Assembly (NCBI RefSeq): GCF_042231735.1
Contig: NZ_CP102577.1
Location: 3,039,281 to 3,103,280, forward strand
DNA: 64,000 nt
From: Corallococcus exercitus
GTDB taxonomy: Bacteria > Myxococcota > Myxococcia > Myxococcales > Myxococcaceae
Direction: 5' to 3'
The position numbers and the translations under genes are program-made. Each line of letters starts with the position of its first letter. Position 1 is the first letter of the stretch. This document shows, piece after piece, positions 46,940 through 55,185 of the stretch. The notes under the pieces are model-generated. The model saw only the letters and a list, made by a program, of their open reading frames with translations, did no database searches and was not told the DNA's origin.

Positions 46940-47089
46940 AAGCGCGCCGTCCCGCGTCCCGCACGCCCCATCCGGGGGGCGGCACCCTCGCCGTGCCGCC
47001 TCCTTCGCGCCCTCCTCCCGGGAGCGCGCCCCGCCTGACTGGCACGGCCGCTGCTCATGCCCGCGCATCCCTTTCGCGCGAGGCATGCC

Positions 47090-47917
47090 ATGAAGGTCGA
47101 AGGTCAGGACGCTCCTTCCGGACCCGAGAAGGTCCCACCGGAGAAGGACGCGTTCCAGCAGGTCCTCCAGCGGACCTCGGGACGGTCAAACACCCCACCC
47201 CGTCCCGGTGTCCGCCGCGAGCCTGTGGCGCCGGGGCTCCCCCCCAAGCCCGGGCCCCTGCGTCCTCCCGGTGGCCCCGGGCTGGGGCTGGCGACGCGCG
47301 CCACACCAGCGCTTCCCGGTGTCCGAGCGTCGGGGGCCGTCCTCTCGACGACGCGCAGTGCGCTGGGAAGTCCGGAGACGCTCCGGCAGGCCCGGCAGGG
47401 CATGCACGTGGAGGCGCAGCGGCTGGGGACGGTGCGCCAGGAGGCGCTCACGGAGGGCGGGACGCAGGCTTCGCACCGCGCGTCGGAGTTGCTGGCCCGC
47501 GAGGTGGAGCGCTCGTTCCGCGCCGAGCCCCGTCCGGCGCCGCCTCCCCTCCCCGCTCCCACGCGTGATGACCGTTCCCCGGAGGGCCCGTCGCGAGCCT
47601 CCGCCGTCGAAGGTCCTCGCGCGGCGAGCGGATCCGCGGAAGGCGCCGGACCGGCCAGTCCCCCCGTCGCGCAGGTCGAGTCCACCCTGGCGCTCATCGA
47701 GAAGATCGAGGTCTTCGTGAAGTCACAGCGGCCGGCGCTGGGCCTGAGCCTGCGCGGGCCGCTGGAGGCCACCGTGGAGGTGGAGCGCACGGGGCCTCGT
47801 GAGGTGGCGCTGCGCATCCAGGGCCGGCACGGGCCCGTCCCCACCGAGGACGTGGCGCGGCTGCGCGATGCGCTGGAGGCCCGGGGCCTGCGGCTCAGCG
47901 TCCTCCAGGCGGGGTGA
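47090..47917 (+). CDS. Pro-rich hypothetical protein with FliK/YscP-like C-terminal module
   Basis: MKVEGQD...; long P/G/A/R-rich region, then C-terminal LALIEKIEVFVKSQRPALGLSLRGPLEATVEVERTGPREVALRIQGRHG, resembling length-control protein C-termini. Weak call. Confidence 0.4.
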   Translation: MKVEGQDAPSGPEKVPPEKDAFQQVLQRTSGRSNTPPRPGVRREPVAPGLPPKPGPLRPPGGPGLGLATRATPALPGVRASGAVLSTTRSALGSPETLRQARQGMHVEAQRLGTVRQEALTEGGTQASHRASELLAREVERSFRAEPRPAPPPLPAPTRDDRSPEGPSRASAVEGPRAASGSAEGAGPASPPVAQVESTLALIEKIEVFVKSQRPALGLSLRGPLEATVEVERTGPREVALRIQGRHGPVPTEDVARLRDALEARGLRLSVLQAG

Positions 47918-48026
47918 AGGTCCGGCGATGCCCCCTGCCCGTCCGCCGCCACGAACGACGAAGGCCCTCACGCCAGGGGGCGCGAGGGCCTTCACCACGA
48001 CGGGCACGCCCGGACGCGGCCCGCGA

Positions 48027-48362
48027 TTACTTCCCGGGCGCGGTGTTCAGCTCCGCGCGCTTGCCCTTCTTGTCCTTGTACTCCTCGGCCTCGGGCAGCG
48101 CGGCCTTCTTCTCCGCGATGTTGGGCCACTTGGCGGAGAAGTCCGTGTTGAGCTTCTTGTACTCCGACCACTCCGAGGGCAGCTCGGTCTCGGGGAAGAT
48201 CGCCTTGGTCGGGCAGACGGGCTCGCAAGCGCCGCAGTCGATGCACTCGTCCGGGTGGATCACGAGGAAGTTCGCCCCCTCGTAGAAGCAGTTGACCGGG
48301 CACACCTCGACACAGTCGGTGTACTTGCACTTGATGCAAGGCTCGGCGACGACGTAGGCCAT
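48027..48362 (-). CDS. fdxA: 7Fe ferredoxin
   Basis: ATG 48362 gives [29 protein letters not shown]...[12 protein letters not shown]. Confidence 0.85.
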   Translation of the reverse strand: MAYVVAEPCIKCKYTDCVEVCPVNCFYEGANFLVIHPDECIDCGACEPVCPTKAIFPETELPSEWSEYKKLNTDFSAKWPNIAEKKAALPEAEEYKDKKGKRAELNTAPGK

Positions 48363-48473
48363 GTAGATCTCTCCTCTGTGCGGTATTCCGCGCGTCCGTG
48401 GCCGCGCACAGTAGATGGTTGCGGCCAGGGTTGGCACCCAGAATCTAGGGCCTGCCCCGGCCTCGTTCCCCGG

Positions 48474-49562
48474 TCAGCCCAGCAAGCCCTGCGCCCGCAG
48501 CAGCTCCGCGACGAGGATGGCGCCCTTGGCGGCCCCCATCTTGGTGTTGTGGGAGACGAGGACGTACTTGAAGCCGTTCTCCAGGACACCGTCCTCGCGG
48601 ATGCGGCCCACCGTGGTGGCCATGCCGCCGTGGGTGTCCCGGTCCATGCGGGGCTGGGGGCGGAACGGGTCGTCCAGCACTTCAATCCACCGGGGCGGAG
48701 CGGACGGCAGGTCCTTCGCCACCTGGGCGCCCTGCCATTCACGCATCGTCTGGGTGACCTCCGCCACGCTGGCCTTCTTCCCGAGCGACACGAAGACGGA
48801 CTCGGTGTGGCCCTCCAGGACGGCGACCCGGGTGCAGGTGCAGGAGACGCGCACGTCGTGCGGGGTGAGCGCCGCGCCCGCGGGGTTGAGCGCCCCGAGG
48901 ATCTTCTTCGTCTCCACCTCGACCTTGTGCTCCTCCTTGGGGATGTAGGGCACGACGTTGTCGAGGATGTCCAGGCCGATGACGCCCGGGGAGCGCCCGG
49001 CGCCGGACATGGCCTGGAGGCTGGTCATCAGCACGGCCTTCACGCCGAAGCGCTCGGCCAGGGGGGCCAGCGTCACGGCCAGGCCGGTGGTGGTGCAGTT
49101 GGGGATGGGGACGATGAAGCCCTTCCACCCGCGCTGCCGGCGCTGCTCGTTGATGAGCGGGGCGTGGGCGGCGTTGACGGGGGGGATGAGCAGGGGCACG
49201 TCCGCGTCGTAGCGGAAGGCGCTCGCGGCGGAGAACACCGGGATGTCCCGGGCCAGGCGCGGCTCCAGCTCCCGCGCGACGTCCGCCTCCACGGCGGAGA
49301 AGGCGATGTCGTAGTCCTTCGCCTGGACGGCGTCGCCGCTGACCACGGTCATGCGGGCAATGGCCTCCGGCAGCGGCTCCGGGACGAACCAGGCCAGCAT
49401 GCCGTTGGAGGCGCGCAGGGCGTCCGCGTACGTTTTTCCGGCGGAGCGGGGCGAGGCGGCGAGCCCGGTGAGCTCGATGAACGGGTGGTCCTTCAGGGCA
49501 GCGATGAACTGCTGACCCGCGAGTCCGGTGGCGCCAATGAGCACGGCGCGAAGCTTGGCCAT
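48474..49562 (-). CDS. asd: aspartate-semialdehyde dehydrogenase
   Basis: 362 aa MAKLRAVLIGATGLAGQQF...; catalytic NCTTTGL. Confidence 0.9.
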   Translation of the reverse strand: MAKLRAVLIGATGLAGQQFIAALKDHPFIELTGLAASPRSAGKTYADALRASNGMLAWFVPEPLPEAIARMTVVSGDAVQAKDYDIAFSAVEADVARELEPRLARDIPVFSAASAFRYDADVPLLIPPVNAAHAPLINEQRRQRGWKGFIVPIPNCTTTGLAVTLAPLAERFGVKAVLMTSLQAMSGAGRSPGVIGLDILDNVVPYIPKEEHKVEVETKKILGALNPAGAALTPHDVRVSCTCTRVAVLEGHTESVFVSLGKKASVAEVTQTMREWQGAQVAKDLPSAPPRWIEVLDDPFRPQPRMDRDTHGGMATTVGRIREDGVLENGFKYVLVSHNTKMGAAKGAILVAELLRAQGLLG

Positions 49563-49631
49563 CGTGGGGAGTCTCCGGTGGGGGCGACAGGGCGCTCCTT
49601 ACACCGTTTCACGACGCGCTGCATCCGCCGC

Positions 49632-50018
49632 TCAACGGTGGGCGTGGGAGGAGGCGCGCGCGTGGCGTTCCGTGGGGTAGCCCCCCGTCACCCATGCGTG
49701 AAGTCCGCCGGCGAGGCATACGGCATTGCGCCCCCTCAGGCGCAACACGCGGCACACGCGGCGGATGTCCGCGCAGTCCTGGGTGGTGCCGCACAGGACG
49801 ATGAGCTCGTCGTCCGGCAGCATCCCCAGGTCCCGGGCAATCTCCGACGCCGTCATGCGCAGCGCGCCGGGGATGTGGATCTCGAACCGCTCCCAGTCCA
49901 TCGCGTCACGGCAATCCAGGACGAGGACGTCCTCGTCCCCCAGACGCATGAACAACTCATCGCAAATGATGGTGGGCTCCACCGGGACCTCCCCGAGGCG
50001 ACAGGCTCCATCGAACAT
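49632..50018 (-). CDS. rhodanese-domain protein
   Basis: 128 aa single rhodanese fold, active-site loop VLCGTTQDCADIRRV. Confidence 0.65.
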   Translation of the reverse strand: MFDGACRLGEVPVEPTIICDELFMRLGDEDVLVLDCRDAMDWERFEIHIPGALRMTASEIARDLGMLPDDELIVLCGTTQDCADIRRVCRVLRLRGRNAVCLAGGLHAWVTGGYPTERHARASSHAHR

Positions 50019-50084
50019 GAACCGGAGGGGTTTTTCCCCTCTTCCCGCTCGCCTGCCCGCCTGCTTCAGGGAGGTCCCCGGGGC

Positions 50085-51236
50085 TCAGAGCCCCAGCTGC
50101 TTGGCGATGATCTCGTTCATCACCTCACTGGTGCCGCCGCCGATGGGGCCCAGCCGCGCGTCGCGCCAGTGACGCTGGATGTCGTACTCCATCATGTAGC
50201 CGGCGCCGCCGTGGAGCTGGAGGCACTCGTCGGCCACGCGGCAGCACGTCTCCGTCGCGACCTTCTTGGCCATGGAGGTCTGCGCGACGGCGTACTCCCC
50301 GGCCACGTGCAGGCGCAGCGCGTGGTAGGTGAGCTGGCGCGCGCACTCGCGGGCCGTGTAGAGGTCCGCCAGCTTGTGGCGCACCACCTGGAAGCCGGCC
50401 AGCGTCTGCCCGAAGGCGCGGCGCTGCTTCACGTGCTCGAGCGCCGTCTCCAGCATGTCGTCCATGGCGCCCACCGCGCCCAGCGCGAGCGACAGGCGCT
50501 CCCACTGGAAGTTGCCCATGATCTGCGAGAAGCCCTGGTTCTCCACGCCCAGCAGGTTCTCCGCCGGGACGCGGCAGTCCTCGAAGAAGAGCTCCGCCGT
50601 GTCGGACGCGCGCCAGCCCACCTTCTGGAGCTTGCGGCCCACGCTGAAGCCGGGCGTGCCCCGCTCCACCACCAGCATGGACAGGCCCTTGTGGCCGCGC
50701 GACGGGTCGGTCTTCACCGCCAGCACCACGAAGTCCGCCCGCACCCCGTTGGTGATGTACGTCTTGGAGCCGTTGACGACGTAGTGGTCGCCGTCGCGGC
50801 GGGCGGTGGTGCGCAGCCCCGCCACGTCCGAGCCGGCGTCCGGTTCGGTGATGCCCAGGGCGCCCACCTTCTCCCCCCGGATGGCGGGGGCCAGCCAGCG
50901 CTGCTTCTGGGCCTCCGTGCCGAACAGGTGCACGGGCCCGGTGGCGATGGTGAACTGCCCTCCCAGCCCCGCGGCCACGCCGCCGGAGCCACAGCGGCCC
51001 AGCTCCTCCAGGAGCACCGCCTCGTACAGCTCCCCGGCGGCCGTCCCCCCGTAGGCCTCCGGGTACTTCAGGCCCAGGAACCCCAGCTCGCCAAAGCGGG
51101 TGAACAGCTCCCGGGGGAACTCCTCGCGGGCCTCCCACTCGGCCGCGAAGGGGCGCAGCTCCTTGTCCACCACCGCCCGGACGGTACGGCGGAAGGCTTC
51201 GTGCTCCTCCTGGAAGACCCCATGGCCCTGCAGCAT
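50085..51236 (-). CDS. acyl-CoA dehydrogenase
   Basis: ATG 51236 gives MLQGHGVFQEEHEAFRR. The ORF-track extension to 51443 runs antisense through tRNA-Cys and is an artefact. C-terminal ACAD motif QLHGGAGYMMEYDIQRHWRDARL. Confidence 0.85.
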   Translation of the reverse strand: MLQGHGVFQEEHEAFRRTVRAVVDKELRPFAAEWEAREEFPRELFTRFGELGFLGLKYPEAYGGTAAGELYEAVLLEELGRCGSGGVAAGLGGQFTIATGPVHLFGTEAQKQRWLAPAIRGEKVGALGITEPDAGSDVAGLRTTARRDGDHYVVNGSKTYITNGVRADFVVLAVKTDPSRGHKGLSMLVVERGTPGFSVGRKLQKVGWRASDTAELFFEDCRVPAENLLGVENQGFSQIMGNFQWERLSLALGAVGAMDDMLETALEHVKQRRAFGQTLAGFQVVRHKLADLYTARECARQLTYHALRLHVAGEYAVAQTSMAKKVATETCCRVADECLQLHGGAGYMMEYDIQRHWRDARLGPIGGGTSEVMNEIIAKQLGL

Positions 51237-51319
51237 CGTGTGCTCCCTCGCTCGGTGGTGTCCGACACCCGCGCCGCATGGTATCGGGACGAGAAGCGGG
51301 CCTGGATGTTGTTGCTTCC

Positions 51320-51349
51320 TTGACCGGCTCCCAAGGGCCTGCGTATAAA
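51320..51349 (+). promoter_or_regulatory. candidate promoter TTGACC-18-TATAAA for tRNA-Cys
   Basis: TTGACC 51320-51325, TATAAA 51344-51349; tRNA begins about 20 nt downstream. Confidence 0.45.
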
Positions 51350-51368
51350 CCCGGCCCCAATCGCTTCC

Positions 51369-51440
51369 GGCGCCATAGCCAAGTGGTAAGGCAAAGGTCT
51401 GCAAAACCTTCATTCCCCGGTTCGAATCCGGGTGGCGCCT
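51369..51440 (+). tRNA. tRNA-Cys (GCA)
   Basis: GGCGCCATAGCCAAGTGGTAAGGCAAAGGTCTGCAAAACCTTC-ATTCCCCGGTTCGAATCCGGGTGGCGCCT; anticodon loop CT-GCA-AA. Confidence 0.85.
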
Positions 51441-51442
51441 CA

Positions 51443-51487
51443 AAGAAAAGGCCCGATGCGGAGCTTCCGCATCGGGCCTTCTGTTTT
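51443..51487 (+). terminator. rho-independent terminator after tRNA-Cys
   Basis: GGCCCGATGCGGA-gctt-CCGCATCGGGCC followed by TTCTGTTTTT. Confidence 0.65.
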
Positions 51488-51513
51488 TCCCGGGGTGATT
51501 GCCCGGGGAGGGC

Positions 51514-53196
51514 CTAGCAGCCCATCTCCACCGCGCCGATGTCCGGGGCCGCGCCGCAGAAGGGCTGGCCCTGGTCCTGGCCCTTGTCCTGGGCGGAAGC
51601 GGACGGGGCGAAGGCCTCCGACACCGTCACGTCCCCGCCGTTGGAGGTGGTGTCTCCGACGGCGGCCTTGAAGGCGTCCAGGGCCACGAGCTGGCCGTTG
51701 TTCTTGAACTGCGTGCCGGCCGGGTAGAGGTTGGAGCCCATCTGGAGGCCGGGAGCTTGGCCGCCCACGTCCACGCTGATGGGGGCGTCCACGAGGTTGT
51801 TCTGCACGCGCAGCGACTCCGTGGGGCCGCCCGTGCCGTGGCCCAGGATGATGCCGGCCTTGGCGCGGGTGACGGTGTTGTTCACCACCACGGTGCCCTT
51901 GGAGTTCTCCAGGCGGATGGCGGTGCCTTCGCCGCCGCCCGCGTCGGTCATGTCGTGCACGCGGTTGCGGCGCACGACGACGGCCTGGGGCACGGGGCCC
52001 TCGTGGTTGCCGCCCACGGAGATGCCCTTCGCGGCGTCATAGACTTCGTTGTCCTCCACCAGCACGTTGTTGGCGGAGTAGTGGATGACGAGCGCCTCGC
52101 CCTTCGCCGTGTCGTTCGCCTGGAACTTGTGCATCCGGTTGTTGCGGATGACGACGTCGTGGCACGTCTTGATGTCCACGGCGTTCTCCCGGTTGCCGAA
52201 CAGGTGGTTGTTCTCCACCAGCAGGCCCTTGGCGGGCGGCAGGGTGCTGAAGCCCTCGGGCCCCAGGCACTGCACGGAGTCACCGGAGTTGCTGTGGATG
52301 TCGTTGTTGCGCACCGTCACGTCGTAGGACGCGGGCTGCATCACGATGCCGTGCGAGTCCTTGTTGCCGGTGGTCCGCACGAAGTCGTGGATGTTGTTGT
52401 TCTCGATGGTGAGGCCGCGGGCGTTGTTGAACATGGTGATGCCCGCGCCGCCGGTGCCGTTGTGCAGCTCCGAGTTGGCCAGCACCGCGCCCTGCACATC
52501 GCCCTCGAAGGTGACGCCGAAGATGGGCTGCCCCTCCACGTCGATGTCGAACCCGTCGATGACCCAGTTCGCGCGGCGCACCTGCACCGCGGCGCCCGAG
52601 CCGCTGCCCGGAGTGAGCTTGGGGCGGCCCTCGCCCTGGAGGGTGATCTTCGCTTCGGCCGTGCCGGCCTTGGCGTTCTCGCCCAGCACCAGGCGCTCGG
52701 CGTAGGTGCCCGCGAGCACGCGGATGCGGTCGCCGGGGCCCGCCTTGCCCACCGCCATGGCGAGGGTGCGCAGCGGCGCGGCCTCCGTGCCCTGCGCGCC
52801 GTCATCTCCGTTCGGCGACACGACCCACTCGTTGACGGGCGTGGTGGTGGGGGCTTCCGTCATGGCCTTGGCGCTGACGGCGGGCTGGGGACCGGGCTCC
52901 GCGATGGGCGCGTGGTCCGCGTGCGCCGGCATCTGCGCGGCGGGCGTGTTCTCCACCGGCTGCACGCCGATGGGCGGCGCCTGGCCCGGGGTGGTGGGGG
53001 TCTTCTCGACCTTGGGGGTGGCGCCCGTCTTCGCCGCGGGGGGCTGGGTACCGCCGCCGCTCGAGGAACCGCCGGTGCCTCCGCCAGAGCCACCGCCGCC
53101 GCCACAAGCGGTCAGCCCAAGCGCCAGGGAACAGGCAGCCAGGGAGGCCACCAGCGTGTTTCGCGTCTTCAATCCGTTGCCTCCGAGAATTCGCAT
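51514..53196 (-). CDS. right-handed parallel beta-helix repeat lipoprotein (pectate-lyase-like fold)
   Basis: ATG 53196 gives MRILGGNGLKTRNTLVASLAACSLALGLTAC lipobox. A Gly/Ser linker is followed by many NNxIH/NNRxH beta-helix rungs, and the C-terminus is CGAAPDIGAVEMGC. Confidence 0.65.
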   Translation of the reverse strand: MRILGGNGLKTRNTLVASLAACSLALGLTACGGGGGSGGGTGGSSSGGGTQPPAAKTGATPKVEKTPTTPGQAPPIGVQPVENTPAAQMPAHADHAPIAEPGPQPAVSAKAMTEAPTTTPVNEWVVSPNGDDGAQGTEAAPLRTLAMAVGKAGPGDRIRVLAGTYAERLVLGENAKAGTAEAKITLQGEGRPKLTPGSGSGAAVQVRRANWVIDGFDIDVEGQPIFGVTFEGDVQGAVLANSELHNGTGGAGITMFNNARGLTIENNNIHDFVRTTGNKDSHGIVMQPASYDVTVRNNDIHSNSGDSVQCLGPEGFSTLPPAKGLLVENNHLFGNRENAVDIKTCHDVVIRNNRMHKFQANDTAKGEALVIHYSANNVLVEDNEVYDAAKGISVGGNHEGPVPQAVVVRRNRVHDMTDAGGGEGTAIRLENSKGTVVVNNTVTRAKAGIILGHGTGGPTESLRVQNNLVDAPISVDVGGQAPGLQMGSNLYPAGTQFKNNGQLVALDAFKAAVGDTTSNGGDVTVSEAFAPSASAQDKGQDQGQPFCGAAPDIGAVEMGC

Positions 53197-53317
53197 GAGC
53201 AGGGGCAACGCATGGGGTCCGGCGTTCTATTCACTGCCGGTCATCCAGGCGGGGACGCGCCGCACCGGGAGGGAGAACCGTGACGCTCGGCCCCATGGCG
53301 GCTACGGTGCCGCCGCC

Positions 53318-55066
53318 GTGTCCAAAGCCGTCCTGCTCCTGACCGCCCTGCTGCTCGCCTCCTGCGCCACGCCGGCGCCCTCCCCTGTCCCGAGTACCCG
53401 GGGGCTGGGCGAGCCGGAGGTCTCCGTTCCCGCCAGCACCGCCGCCGTGGACGCGGGCGTGAAGCCCCCCGCGTCCAGTGGCCTGGAGGATCCGCTCACC
53501 TCGGGCCTGCCCGGGCCGCAGGACCTGAAGCGCCTGGACTTCCGCAACGGCGAGCCGCGCCTCCCCATCAAGCTCATGGAGGGGCGCGACGGGGTGACGT
53601 TCTCGCCGCGCGGGCGGATGCGCCTTCGCTTCGGGGGCCCGGGCGACAAGATGCTGGACGCGCCCGCGGGCTCGCGCTGGACGGTGCGGGTGACGCAAGG
53701 GGAACCCGCGCAGTGGAGCGCGCGCGTGCAGCTGGGCGAGTTCCGCTTCGCGGACAAGGCGGGGCTCGCGGAGGCGCAGGAGACGTGGCGCTCGCGCGGG
53801 GTCGCGGTGCGCACGCACACGCTGGGCTCCGTGTACGGCATCGCGGGGAAGGTCATCGACAACCGGCGCTACCTCCTCTTGGGCGACGAGGCGCTGACGC
53901 CCGCCGCCGCGGCGAAGCAGCAGGCGGAGCTGCTGCGCCGCTACGGCCTGCGCACCACCCTCTTCGAGGAGGTCCGCAAGCCGGCCACCGCCATCCTGGA
54001 GCTGAAGGACGAGAACGACGCCGTGGTGGGCCTGGCGCAGGACCGGCTGGACGCGGAGACGCCGGACGGCAGCGGCTTCGACGTGCGGCAGGTGGAGTAC
54101 GGCGTGGGCTACGACTTCCACGCCTTCGAGGACCGCAGCTTCCGGGGCTCGCTCCAGTTCGCGGTGGACCGGAGCGGCAAGCTCGCGGTGGTGAACGTGG
54201 TGGGCCTGGAGGACCTGCTCAAGGGACTGGTGCCATCCGAAATCTTCGCGCGCGCGCACCCGGAGGCGCTCAAGGCCCAGGCCGTCACCGCCCGGGGCGA
54301 GGTGCTGGCGAAGGTGGGCATCAAGCACCTGGCGGATCCGTACCTGCTCTGCTCGGAGCAGCACTGCGCGGTGTACCGGGGCCGTACCGGGGAGGCGGCC
54401 AGCACCACCGCCGCGGTGGAGGCCACCCGGGGCCAGGCCCTCTTCAGCCAGGACGGGCGGCTGGTGGACTCCGTCTACAGCGCCGTGTGCGGCGGCCACA
54501 CCGAGGACAACGACGTGGTGTGGGGCGGCCCGCCGGACCCCAGCCTGCGCGGCCGGCCGGACCTGCTGGAGTCCGCGCCGGGCGTGCCCGGGCCGTCGAG
54601 CCTCAAGGCGTGGCTGGCGACGGCGGACGTGCCCGCCGCGTGCAAGCTGTCCAGCTTCGCGCAGCCGACGAAGTTCCGGTGGGAGAAGCGCTTCACGCAA
54701 GCCCAGGTGGACGCGCTCACGGAGAAGCTGGGCGTGGGGGCGGTCCAGGGACTCGCCCTGTCCGAGCGCGGGGTGTCCGGGCGGGCCCGGCTGCTCACCG
54801 TGTCCGGCACGCAGGGGGCCACCCAGGTCCGGGGCGAGCTGAACATCCGGCGGCTCTTCGGGATGCTCAACAGCAGCATGGCCACGGTGGAGGCCGAGCG
54901 GGACGCCGAGGGCCGGCTCACCGGATGGCTGTTCCGGGGCGGCGGCTGGGGCCACGGCGTGGGCATGTGTCAGACAGGCGCCATCGGCCGGGCGGAGGCG
55001 GGACAGAGCTATCCGGAGATCCTGCGCTACTACTTCAACGGGGCGGAGGTGGCCCCCATCTACTGA
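53318..55066 (+). CDS. SpoIID/LytB-domain protein (lipoprotein)
   Basis: GTG 53318 gives (M)SKAVLLLTALLLASC lipobox; no in-frame ATG upstream. C-terminal SpoIID signatures YSAVCGGHTEDNDVVWG and GWGHGVGMCQTGAIGRAEAG. The 574-aa antisense ORF is rejected. Confidence 0.7.
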   Translation: MSKAVLLLTALLLASCATPAPSPVPSTRGLGEPEVSVPASTAAVDAGVKPPASSGLEDPLTSGLPGPQDLKRLDFRNGEPRLPIKLMEGRDGVTFSPRGRMRLRFGGPGDKMLDAPAGSRWTVRVTQGEPAQWSARVQLGEFRFADKAGLAEAQETWRSRGVAVRTHTLGSVYGIAGKVIDNRRYLLLGDEALTPAAAAKQQAELLRRYGLRTTLFEEVRKPATAILELKDENDAVVGLAQDRLDAETPDGSGFDVRQVEYGVGYDFHAFEDRSFRGSLQFAVDRSGKLAVVNVVGLEDLLKGLVPSEIFARAHPEALKAQAVTARGEVLAKVGIKHLADPYLLCSEQHCAVYRGRTGEAASTTAAVEATRGQALFSQDGRLVDSVYSAVCGGHTEDNDVVWGGPPDPSLRGRPDLLESAPGVPGPSSLKAWLATADVPAACKLSSFAQPTKFRWEKRFTQAQVDALTEKLGVGAVQGLALSERGVSGRARLLTVSGTQGATQVRGELNIRRLFGMLNSSMATVEAERDAEGRLTGWLFRGGGWGHGVGMCQTGAIGRAEAGQSYPEILRYYFNGAEVAPIY

Positions 55067-55185
55067 AGTCCAGGGAACAATTCGCGCGCACCGGCTGCCT
55101 GGCTCGTGAATCTCTTGGATGTCCCGCGTGTTACGGGGCGCACGTTCGGGACTGAAGAAGCGGTCCGGAGGTTTATCATCAGGCC

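Noticed and set aside
50019-50084. GAGGGG-ttttt-CCCCTC hairpin between the acyl-CoA dehydrogenase and rhodanese genes as a terminator
   Set aside because: The T-run is in the loop, not after the stem, on either strand. It may be a weak structure but is not convincing as an intrinsic terminator.
47799-51323. 1174-aa plus-strand ORF
   Set aside because: Antisense to fdxA, asd, rhodanese and acyl-CoA dehydrogenase, which are clearly real on the minus strand.
51237-51443. N-terminal extension of the acyl-CoA dehydrogenase ORF (MRRHPDSNRG...)
   Set aside because: It reads antisense through tRNA-Cys. The conserved ACAD N-terminus begins at MLQGHG (ATG 51236).
53231-54955. 574-aa minus-strand ORF
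   Set aside because: Opposite the SpoIID/LytB gene, whose conserved C-terminal signatures sit on the plus strand.
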